A stretch of DNA of 64,000 bases from NCBI RefSeq assembly GCF_009914755.1, contig NC_060934.1; one strand, given 5' to 3'. The notes beneath the pieces were generated by a model. That model did no database searches. It was not told the DNA's origin and saw only the letters and a list, made by a program, of their open reading frames with translations. The DNA is from the human T2T-CHM13v2.0 reference genome, Homo sapiens. A program made the position numbers and the translations under genes. Below are positions 41,359 to 51,266 of this stretch, piece after piece; the stretch's first letter is position 1; each line of letters begins with the position of its first letter.

Positions 41359-42537
41359 CTGGGGGCAGTCCCACCTACCCAGCATCCCAGGCCTCAAAGC
41401 CTGGAAGGGAGGGTCCACAGGGGGACATTCAGGACATGGCCTTCCCAGGGGAGCACAGGGCAGTGCTGATGGACAGAAACAAGGGGTGCCCACTGCAGCC
41501 TTGGAGGCCACATAAGGTTTCAGTACATGAAGAAGCAGGGAGGGCACTTCAGGCAGAGGCACCAGCCCATGCAAGGGCCTGGAGGTGGGAAAGTGCCTTG
41601 TGTGCACAAGCATGCGTGCATGCACCGCAGCTGGCCCATGGAGTGGCCCACACTGGGGAAGGGGAGGCTGTGATCAGGTAGGGCCATGTGTGGAGGCCTA
41701 AACATTGGCCAAGAAGTTTGGTCTTTGGTCTCTGGGCAGCAGGGAGCCCTTGAGGGCCCCAGAGGGGAAGAGTGGTATGATGAGACCTGTGCCGCCGGGT
41801 GCTCCTGGTCCTCCCAGGAAGTTTGCAGTGAGCTGAGTAAGAAGGGAATGAATTCTCTGGGCCTCACTCTTTCCAACCATCAATCCCTTCCCAGCCCGCC
41901 CATGCCCAGATGCCTCTGCCCTCTGCCCTGCTCTCCTCCCCTCCTGGAATGGCTGCCCACCCTCTGGAGACTTGTTATCACCCCTGAGTCCAGCCCTCAC
42001 TTTGGGCATTGCCTGGCAGGAGGAGAGGGCTTCTGCCAGCCTTCTAGGGAGCCTCCCACACACACACCAATCCCAGCCAGAGCAATAAGCCAACCCCCAA
42101 GGGTGGTGGGAGGCTGGTCTGGAGAGGAGCTTTGGAGGGTGAGAAGACCTACCTCCAGTGAGCGACAGCACTGCCACGTATGGTCAGCTGGCCTGGGGAA
42201 GAAGGATGGCGTCACCCTAGGTCTCCAGGCTACTCCAGCTGCCTGCACCACCCCCTGGGGTGACCACTCTTGCCTGGACATGCAGCGCTGGTTACAAGCT
42301 CCTTCCTCCAGGGAGGACAACCCAAGAGCTGCCTGGGGCTGAGTCAGTGCCCCATCCTCACCACCTCCCAGCCCTGGGAGGGTCCTGTGGGAACTGGAGG
42401 GACAGAGTCTCCGGGGACCTTAAGCTTAGATCCCAAGCAAAGCCCGTGTTCCTGAATGCAGAGGGGACGTTTGTTTGACCTATCCAATATTTTATAAAGA
42501 ATGACCATTAGTTGTGAAAGTTTAAAGATCAGGAGAT

Positions 42538-42543
42538 TTTATT
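42538..42543 (-). terminator. C10orf105: AATAAA polyadenylation signal, probable 3' end of C10orf105
   Basis: tttatt on + strand in an AT-rich patch; implies a ~4.2-kb 3'UTR spanning CDH23 exon 28. Confidence 0.65.
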
Positions 42544-42731
42544 TAAAAGCTCAGATGTTCAATTTCTCATGAGAAATCAGAAGATCTGGTGTCTCTGGGC
42601 CCACATTCTGCCTGTCCGCTGTGGACTGGAGTGGAGGACAGCTGCCCTTCCAGCGGGGCCCATCCAGGTGTTTGACCCAGGTGCTATACCCGCCAGTCCC
42701 TGACAGCAGTTGGCTTTTTGCTCTTAGTACC

Positions 42732-43181
42732 TGTATCTGCATCCTAAATTTGCCACGACAAACTACCACAAACTTAAAACAGCAGAAGTGTATTCTCTCC
42801 TGGTTCTCAAGGCCAGAAGTTAGAAATTAAGGTGTCGGCAGGGTCACGCTTCCTCCAAAGGCTCTAGAGAGAATCAGTCCTTGACCGTCCCAGTTTCTGG
42901 AGTCGCTAGGCATTCGGTGGCTTGTGGCAGCATAACTCCAGCCTCTGCCTCCATCTGCATGTGGCCTCCTCCTCTCTGTCTCAAATGTCCCTCTGCCTTT
43001 CTCTTGTAAGGACACTTGCCATTGGGTTTATGGGCCACCCAGCTCACCCAGGATGATCACTTCTCAAGATCCTTAACGTAATTACATTTTCAAAGGCCCT
43101 TTTCCCAAATAAATTAATCTTCACAGGTTCCCAGGGGTTTAACATGGGTCTGTTTTTTTTGGGAGCCATCATTCAATCCAC
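42732..43181. mobile_element. MLT1-type LTR (MLT1C-like)
   Basis: acaaactaccacaaactt...aaggtgtcggcaggg...ctcttgtaaggacacttg...attcaatcca. Confidence 0.8.
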
Positions 43182-43478
43182 TTGAGTGCCTCAGTTACCT
43201 CCTCTGTAAAATGGGGATGACAGTAAAGTGTCTGCTTCATGGGGTTGCTGTGAGGACTGAATGGGTTAGAAGAATGGCTGGCACATGGTGTTATCTAAGT
43301 ATTTGATACTGTTAGTGTTATTCCTAAGCTAAAAAGGAAGTCACCCCTTGCAAAGGCTAGGGCAGATGGGGCGGAACAGGGCACCTCTCTGGCCGGTGCC
43401 CGGGAGTGTGCAAAGTCACAGGAAGTGTGCCCCTCTCTCAGGCAGCTGCTAACACCTGTCTTCCTTCAACTCCCACAG

Positions 43479-43627
43479 ACAACGGCCCTGTAGGGAAGCG
43501 ACACACGGGCACAGCCACCGTGTTCGTCACTGTCCTGGATGTGAATGACAACCGGCCCATCTTTCTGCAGAGCAGCTATGAGGCCAGCGTCCCTGAGGAC
43601 ATCCCTGAAGGCCACAGCATCTTGCAG
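43479..43627 (+). CDS. CDH23: CDH23 exon 28 (149 nt; DNGPVGKR...LDVNDN...HSILQ), GC donor
   Basis: cccacag|AC; only the CAG|gcaggt donor gives phase 0 into exon 29. Confidence 0.94.
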
Positions 43628-43862
43628 GCAGGTGGCCCGTGGCCTCTGGGGCAGGTGGTGGGCTGGGGGAGGCGGAGCCACACACGGCCCTGAGGGCACA
43701 TGCTCAGTGGCACCAGAGGCGGAAGCAGGTGGGGGCCCAGGGTGGGTCCACTGCTCTGGAAGGTGCTGTGGGGAAAGGGGGACCCAGGCCCTCTCCCATC
43801 CCAGGGAGTGTGGGCCCCCAGGTTGCAGAGCTGAGGATAGGGCTCTGGCTCCCCACAAACAG

Positions 43863-44132
43863 GAGGAAGACTTGGCCTCCCCCTGCATATCTCCCGCCCC
43901 ACCCAGAAGGGCCTTTCAGAGTAGCGGGGAGAAAGAGACGTCACAATTTCCCGGAAAGGAGTTGAGAAGAGAGCCAGGGCCCAGCAAGGCCCAGAACAGA
44001 GCTGCTTTCACAGAGCCCTTGGCCGAGGCTCCCCTCTTGGGAAGTAAACAGGCACAAGAAGAAAGGGCTCCTTTGCCCAGGGAGCAGGCGCAACAGCTCC
44101 AAGGCTCAGAGGGAGAGAAGGGAGGACCCTGA
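43863..44132 (+). CDS. CDH23: Candidate alternative terminal exon after exon 28 (EEDLASPCIS...EKGGP*, 89 aa)
   Basis: ccccacaaacag|GAG acceptor, phase 0, open to TGA. The 89-aa tail matches my recollection of a UniProt CDH23 isoform replacing residues 1124-1212; not verified. Confidence 0.5.
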   Translation, partial: EEDLASPCISPAPPRRAFQSSGEKETSQFPGKELRREPGPSKAQNRAAFTEPLAEAPLLGSKQAQEERAPLPREQAQQLQGSEGEKGGP

Positions 44133-44558
44133 AAACAATTTGGGTGTGCACCCACACCTCTGCCCAGAGGCCTCAGTTGCTGGGTGGGGAGGGAGGCCCG
44201 GAGTGAATGAGTCTCTTTACCAACTATGGGGTTTCCGACTCGGAGGCTGAGCCAAACAGGGAATCTGGGCCTGCCCACTGGGGCAGGCTCCCGGGCTTGG
44301 GAGGGACAGAAGCGTGGGAGGCTGGCAATGCTCCCCTCCCTGCATCGGGACCAGGAGGCGGGCAGGAAAGGGCTGGGGAGCAGGGAGCTGACTCCCAGAA
44401 ACACAGAGAGCCCAGAAAGCCCTGAGGATTTGCGAGAGTGTGGTGGCTAGCTCCAGAAGGAGGAAGTAGAGGGTTCTCTCGATCAGGGCCTCAGCTTGTG
44501 AGGACTTGGAGCATACCCCCCTGGCCTGGTGCCTGAAACCCAATTGAGAGCCCTCCCC

Positions 44559-44700
44559 CTCCTGGACTTTTCCTTCTTCAGGCCTCAGGGCAGCCTCAAC
44601 CCCCACCCCAACCTCCAGGAAGACAGTGCCTAGTGGCCAGCAGGGCCTGCTGGTGAGGTGGATGGCTACAGGCTGAATCCAGCCTAGGATTTGCAGGGAG
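44559..44700 (+). repeat. 142-bp direct repeat, copy B (partner 41217-41358)
   Basis: 3 mismatches by manual alignment. Confidence 0.95.
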
Positions 44701-45498
44701 GCCCCAGGGGAAGCAAACCAGGAAGAGGTTACTGAGCAGGAAGGGAGGAAGGAACAAAACCCTTAGGGAGGAGGCCTGCCCCACTTTCTAAACCCAAAGA
44801 CTTGGTTTCTATTTACACAATACTACTCTTACTGAAATCCTAGAGCCAGCGAGTTAATATAGGGCAGCCCTGAGTTCTCCCATTTCTCAGGGAGAAATGC
44901 AGCGTCTCAGGATGACTTCTCCAAGGTCCTCTTGGTAAGTTTCTTGTGAAGCCGGACTCACTTTTTGAGATCAGATTGACTTGGAAGGAAGGGACAGTGG
45001 GCTTCTCCAATAGAGCCTGCTTGGAGAGAAATCTTTCTAGAGTCATCTGAGGGAAGATGAGGCTCTGTGTTATGCCAGCTTCCACCAAGACTCCTGCCTC
45101 AGAGGGTGGGGACACACCCAGGCTGGGCCACGCTTCACTCTGTACACAGAAGCCTCATACTTCTGTGCACAGAACTGGGGAGTCAAAGTGAGGGGCTGGA
45201 CAATGTCTGGCTCTCTGCAAGCTCCCAAGCTGGTAGGAAAGAGAAGACATAGACAAAAAGGACCCATGCTGCCAAGAGAATGTTCCTTTTCCTCCCCAAG
45301 AGAGGTAGGAGACAGTAGGGGCGGCTCCAGGCAGGAGGGCTTCACAGAGTGGGTGTGTGTGAAGCATAAGCCACAGTTAGTGGGTGACAGGTCTTTCAGT
45401 TTTCCTGGAGTTTTGGATCAAGATGAGGCTAGAAAGATTAATTGGAGCCAGCTCCCAGAGGGCACTGCACACTGCGCTGAGGAGCTTTGGCTATATCC

Positions 45499-45629
45499 AT
45501 TTGGCATTAGGGAGCCAGTGAAGGTTTTGGAGCTGGGGAGTGGCAAGCCAGAGCTCACTCCTTGGGGAGACGTGGCTGGCTGCACTGTGGGTCACAGCAG
45601 GATGGGGGTGGGGCAGCTTTGTGGTGGGA
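45499..45629 (+). repeat. ~130-bp direct repeat, copy A (partner 47954-48083)
   Basis: About 11 differences by manual alignment. Confidence 0.92.
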
Positions 45630-46749
45630 TCCTGGCCAGCTGACTGGGACAGGAGCTGGGCAGCCCAGGTCCTCCCTCTGCCCACCCTTCAAATTTGGGA
45701 CCTGACCAAAGTGTTTAACCCTCGCGTTGTGAGGAGAGGTCAAGGGTTTGGGATTCTGAGAAGCCCATCCTGGGGTGGGACTGCTTTGACGGGTCATCAG
45801 CAAAGCACTCACCAAAACCACAGATAGCATCCCTAGTGTGGGCAGGACTTGGGACCCCACAGCTGTCCTGGAGAGGTCCAGACCATCCCACCCTCGGGGA
45901 GGCTGCCGCTTTCCCTGGGTGAGGTGTGGAGCTGCTGTGAGCTGTCCTCCTCCGAGTCCAGGTGGCATCACCTCCAGCTGCTGGAAATGCCCTGCCTCTT
46001 GCCACTCTGTCACAGCACCCGCCCTGGCCTCTGAAGGGAGCCTCCTCGATCATCTTCAATCCCTTCCTGATTGATCCCAACGTGGGTGCCCTGAAGAGGG
46101 GCCACCAAGACGGCTGCCAAGACCATGCTTGGAGAGCCCTGTTTGCTCCTCCTCCCAGCTGGCACCCAGGCATCTGTTCCACCAGGAGGGAGGCAGCTGC
46201 TCCCACAGGGCACCAGGCAGATGCTGGCAGCACCCGGGAAACCCAAGGAAGAGAGCCCCGAGGTTTTGCCCCAGCACTGGGCCAGCACAGATGCCAGGAC
46301 AGTGTCTTGGCCCCGGTGTAGGCTGAGCATTTCACTTGACTAAAGGGAACCTTTGCCATTTGGCAACTTCTCCATGCTGGGCTTTGGCACCTGGAGGGCA
46401 AGGCTTCTGTGGCGAGCGAGGGTGCTGCTTCTAGGAGGTGGTTACGAGCCCCAGGTTGTACCCTGTGGAGCCTCAGGCCAAAGGCCCAGATGACCACGAG
46501 TGCACATCTCTTGACCAGAAGTCTTTCATCAAGCAGCAGCGAGGGGGTCTGCAGAGAGGAAGGTGCTCTTCTGAGGATCATCTTTGGGAAAGGGCGCTGG
46601 CCTGGGCATGCAAGGAGCTTCGGGGGGTGAGTGTGTGTCCCAGACTGCTTGGGCCACTGTCTTCCTGCAGCCTGCAGCACCGGTCTCTGAAGCAGGAGGA
46701 TCTACAGGTAGACCTAGGGGGATGTGGGGGCATGTTTGTGGACACCCCA

Positions 46750-47151
46750 TTACATCTTGGTAGATTCCATGTAGTCACAGTGGCTGCGGTTGTCCTCGGG
46801 GCCCGGCAGGGGCTGTCGAGGGACGGTGGGCCGGCCATGGCGGAAGCTGTGCAGGGAGAGGCGCAAGGAGCCCAGGCGCTTCCAGAGCCGGAGCTGGGGC
46901 TCACTGGGGCTCCCAGGGTGGTGGGGCATGCACTCGTGAGCCCTGCGGCGGCTCGGGTCCAGCGCGGCCGGCTTGCAGAGCGTCATGAACAGCAGACAGG
47001 TGGCCAGCAGGAGGAAGATGCAGGCCAGGGCGATGAGCATGGGGAGGGGGTCAGTTGCCTCTGCAAGGGTCCCGGGAGTGACGGGAGCTGAGAGAAAGGC
47101 GAGGGGGCTGATGGCTGGGGAGCTGGCGAGGCTGGGGCCCTCTGTGCTCAT
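46750..47151 (-). CDS. C10orf105: C10orf105, 133-aa single-pass membrane protein nested antisense in CDH23 intron 28
   Basis: ATG at 47151 in gagccATG context, 5 nt after a minus-strand acceptor (ttgctgttgcag|GAGCC, exon edge 47156); hydrophobic segment MLIALACIFLLLATCLLFMTL; TAA at 46750-46752; MSTEGPSLASS... recognised. Confidence 0.92.
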   Translation of the reverse strand: MSTEGPSLASSPAISPLAFLSAPVTPGTLAEATDPLPMLIALACIFLLLATCLLFMTLCKPAALDPSRRRAHECMPHHPGSPSEPQLRLWKRLGSLRLSLHSFRHGRPTVPRQPLPGPEDNRSHCDYMESTKM

Positions 47152-47953
47152 GGCTCCTGCAACAGCAACAAGACAGAAGCTCAAAGGCAGATCAGCTGGA
47201 CCCAGGGCAGCGGGTATAGGGAAGACTTACCTAGGGAATGTGGATGGGGGCAAGGCACTGTTAAACTGGACAGCATCATGGCCACATCACAGGTTAAGAC
47301 AGCAAGGTCCAGAGACATCACAAGTCTAAGTGTACACACAGCTGAGCAGTGATGGAGCTGGGCCCAAGCTCAGGCCCTCTTCCTGTTCCACCCTGTGCCC
47401 ATCTGCCATGCAGACAAGAGGGCGGTGGCCTGTCCGCATTTTCAAATCAATCCTCATGAATCATCACAGGGTCTTAGGCCTGGAAACTTAAGACCAACTC
47501 TGTCAATAACTTGCTCTGTGGCCAGGAACGAGTTATGGATGGTAAGAGGCCGCAGCTGCCAGGGTCCCTAGCAGTAATCTAATACCAAAGCTGCAAACTG
47601 GGGGCCCACGGGTGTGTTTAGTTGGGTCCTTGCCATGTTTTTATCAATGTAATTATGAATATTTTCAAAATAATAACAGATTTCACAAAAATATATGGGT
47701 GCCTGAATTCTCTTGAAATGTCAGAATTTCACCACTGGCATTGGCCCATGTTCCTGCCTCATCCCTGTGTCTGGGGCTGAGCAGCCGCTGCCCCCTGTAG
47801 ACAGGGCACTGACCTCCAGCTCCCCACCCTCCCCCACAGGCCCACCACACACCTTATTTCACCTGCCTGGCCCCGTGGGGATTCCTGTGACTGCTTCCCC
47901 ATGCAGTCCAACTTGCTCCCACGACAGGTGGGAAACTGAGGTCCGAAGAGGGG

Positions 47954-48083
47954 ATTTGGCATTAGGGAGCCAGTGAAGGTTTTAGAGGTGGGGAGTGACA
48001 AGCCAGAGCTCACTCCTTGGGAAGGCTTGGCTGGCTGCATTGTGGGTCACAGTAGGGTGGGGTGGGGCAGCTTGGTGGTGGGA
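47954..48083 (+). repeat. ~130-bp direct repeat, copy B (partner 45499-45629)
   Basis: About 11 differences by manual alignment; flanked by two halves of a MIR-like sequence. Confidence 0.92.
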
Positions 48084-49420
48084 AGGCCAAGGCCACATTG
48101 TGAGCCAATGGCCAAGTGAAGGTCAGAAGCAGGTCTCCTGACTCCTGGCCCCATGGCCTTGCCACCCCTCTGGCCCCCAGCCCTTTCGGAGCTCAGTGAG
48201 CTGCTCTGGGAACAGGTGGGAAATAAACCCACAAGGAGTTGACAAGGGGGCTGGAAACCCCCCAGGGACATCATACACCTGACAGGGCATTTCCTTTCCC
48301 ACTGAAGATCATCCCATTAGACGCAGTGCAGCAGACGGTCCTTGTCGATGGAAAACCAGGCTGAGCTTTTGGCTCAATATGTCTGGGGTTGTAATAAAAA
48401 TGCTCACAGATCCTGGCCAGCAGATAACACATGACCAGAGGGTACAGATGAGCAGGGCCACCTGGAGAGCACTGGCTGGGCCCTCTCAAGGAAGTGGAGG
48501 GGCCTCAGCCCAGAATGGTGCTGTCAGTGCCGGAGTGCAGGCCCAGTGTGGTCAGCTCTGTCAGTTTCCCAAGAGAAGCCAGAAATCTGGATTTTTTTAA
48601 AGGCAAACATTCTAGACGTTTAAATGTTGGCAGCTAATTCAAATTTGTTGAAGGCAAGAAAGAAGAGAGGTGGGGTGGGGGAGAACACAGCAAAAGCCAA
48701 ATAAACTTGATTTCAAAATAATGTGAAATGAATTTTCAAATATTTGAAACACTACACAGGCCAAACCAAACACATAAGCAGAGGACGTCCAGCTTGCAGG
48801 TCAGCATGTGTGATATTTAAATTCTACTGACGTGGACAAGCAATCCCAGGGGGTCTGATAAAAAGTCATGATTTCCCTTTAACCTTGGGGTCTTTCCTTT
48901 TCATGAGGGTGGGGGATAGCAGATTTTCCTCCTTCCCAGCTTGCAGCTTAGATAACAGTTGAGTTTCTAGCACGGAAGCTCAGGAGGAGGAAAGATGTCA
49001 GGTCACGCTCAGAGAAACCCTGCCACAGGTAGTGGGGAGGGGAGTGGGCCACCTAGTTCCCCACCCGAGGGACTCCTGTCCCTACCCCAGGCACTCACCA
49101 GCAGCCGCAGGACCTCACTCCTGGCTCCCTGCGCCCAGCCAACTGAGGGCATGCAGAGCACCCCACCTCCCACCCATTCCCCACCACCACCCCTCCCAGC
49201 ACTTCCAGGCAGAAAACGACCCCTCCCAGTGCCTGGCTGGAAAGTGTGATGCCCGTCTAGCTGCCCAGGGCCTCCGCCTTTGCGGCATCAGGCCTAGAGA
49301 GCACTCTGGCTGGGCAGCTGTGCATGGGTTGGCCTTTCCTTGAGTCTGAGCAGGGAGGAGGGATGGGGTGTGCCCACCGCTCATTCCCGTGGGGAGAAAA
49401 TCAGCCATCCCTCTCTCCTA

Positions 49421-49918
<498 letters not shown>

Positions 49919-50440
49919 AGTGGAGTTGTAATTAGCATCTGAGTAGTTCCTGTGGCAACGAGAGATTCCTAAGTGCTTGAAAACAACACAACACCCTTCC
50001 TGGAGCACGAGGCAAGTCCAGCTGCCAGGCCCCTTGACACCCGGCTACTGACCAACCAGCAAAGGCCAGCTAGTACTGGGAGAGGATGCCTTGCCCGGAC
50101 CAAGGCCAGGAATCATCTGGAGGGCAGTTGAAGCCACTCCCTTCCCACTGGGGCCAGGGTGCACCAGCGGGCCCTGCTCTGGACATATCTCTGCAAGCTC
50201 AGTCTAGGACCCTCCTCTTCCCTTGGAGTTCCACAGAGCAGGACCTGCTGTGGGCAGAGAAGACTGCTGTGTGGCCTCGGGCTAGTCCCTACCCCTTACT
50301 GGGCCTTGTTTCCCCTCTCTACAGAACCAGAGGACTGCCTAGGTCTGAGCATACCCTCACATTCTCCCAGGAGTCCCCAGCAAGGGTCTCCACCACACTT
50401 CCCTCTCCAAGCCTTCTCCTGCAGTCCCCCAAGCACTGAC

Positions 50441-50640
50441 CTCAGAGCCAGACCCCAGCCGTCCGGAGCTCCGTGGAGAGGTCTTCTCAGCTGTGGAAGG
50501 GAGGCCCAAGGAGCCCTGGGCAGTGCCTGTGACCCCAGCCCTGCCAGGCTCTGCTGTGCCCTGCAGCCCTCGGTCAGCCTGGCCAGCAGAGTGGCCTCCC
50601 CGTCACTCCCCAGCTGGACCTGGCTTTGTCTAGAAGAGTT
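50441..50640 (-). other. C10orf105: Probable non-coding first exon of C10orf105 (5' edge approximate)
   Basis: Minus-strand donor CTGAG|gtcagtg at 50441/50440. The location agrees with the gene span I recall; the TSS is not visible in sequence. Confidence 0.45.
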
Positions 50641-51231
50641 TGGGCCCTGCCTTGGGGGAGGGGATAGCTAAGGGAGTAGGGATGGCAACTGGGTTGGGAA
50701 GAGGGAGAGGGGAGCTGTCCAGAGACTCTGGGATGCCCCCTGGCCTTCCCACCGCCTCTCTCCAGCCTGTCTCCTTGGAGCCCTCTCAGGGGTGGAAGAC
50801 TCTGGGGAGACGCAGGGGGAGGGTTTTACTGCCTCTGCGGCCCCATGGCGCTCACCTTCCCCTGTCGGAAGTTTGAATGGTATGGTCGGCGGCAGCCAGA
50901 GGTTCGCTATTCAGTGCCTGCCAGCCACCAGGTTACCCTGGAGAGGGGCTACAAGCCATGGCAGGAGGGGAGCAGGGAGAGTGCTGGTCCCTGGCAGCCC
51001 CTGAGGCCCCTCCTGCAGCGTCCCTGGGCCCCATTCCTTCCAGGCTTTTCCCTCAGCTTGTAGAAAAGCACCTTCCCTTTGAAGGTGTCTGGCTACAGAA
51101 GCGAGGGGTGAGGGGCATCTTCAAAGGTCAGGGGGATCCCAGGGCAGAAAGCATAGGACTGACGGACCTCCAAGGCCATGCTCCCCACAGTGCGGGTGGG
51201 CCACGGGAGACCTCCACTGGAGGCTCTTTCC

Positions 51232-51234
<3 letters not shown>

Positions 51235-51264
<30 letters not shown>
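51235..51264. repeat. (AC)15 microsatellite
   Basis: Direct observation. Confidence 0.97.

Positions 51265-51266
<2 letters not shown>

Larger units (their letters stand above)
40400..41390. mobile_element. Old MLT1-type (ERVL-MaLR) LTR, interrupted by a THE1 LTR and by the 142-bp insertion
   Basis: cccattcctgagcccctcactgtagccaggg...gtcacatgcccatcctgg...agctggggg resembles MLT1J/K; family from memory. Confidence 0.6.

Noticed and set aside
43545-43862. 5' part of the 195-aa ORF 43545..44132 as an independent gene
   Set aside because: Out-of-frame overlap with exon 28 plus intron; only the part after the 43863 acceptor has a splice rationale.
45715-46680. 321-aa minus-strand ORF as a second nested gene
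   Set aside because: Starts at GTG, lies in the inferred C10orf105 3'UTR, has no recognisable domain; compatible with chance in GC-rich DNA.
47152-47184. 11-aa N-terminal extension of C10orf105 shown in the ORF track
   Set aside because: Non-ATG start, mostly within the intron's pyrimidine tract upstream of the acceptor at 47157-47158.
47590-48800. Apparent inverted similarity between AT-rich patches at ~47590-47745 and ~48560-48800
   Set aside because: Only loosely similar; best explained as separate old DNA-transposon relics rather than a recent duplication.
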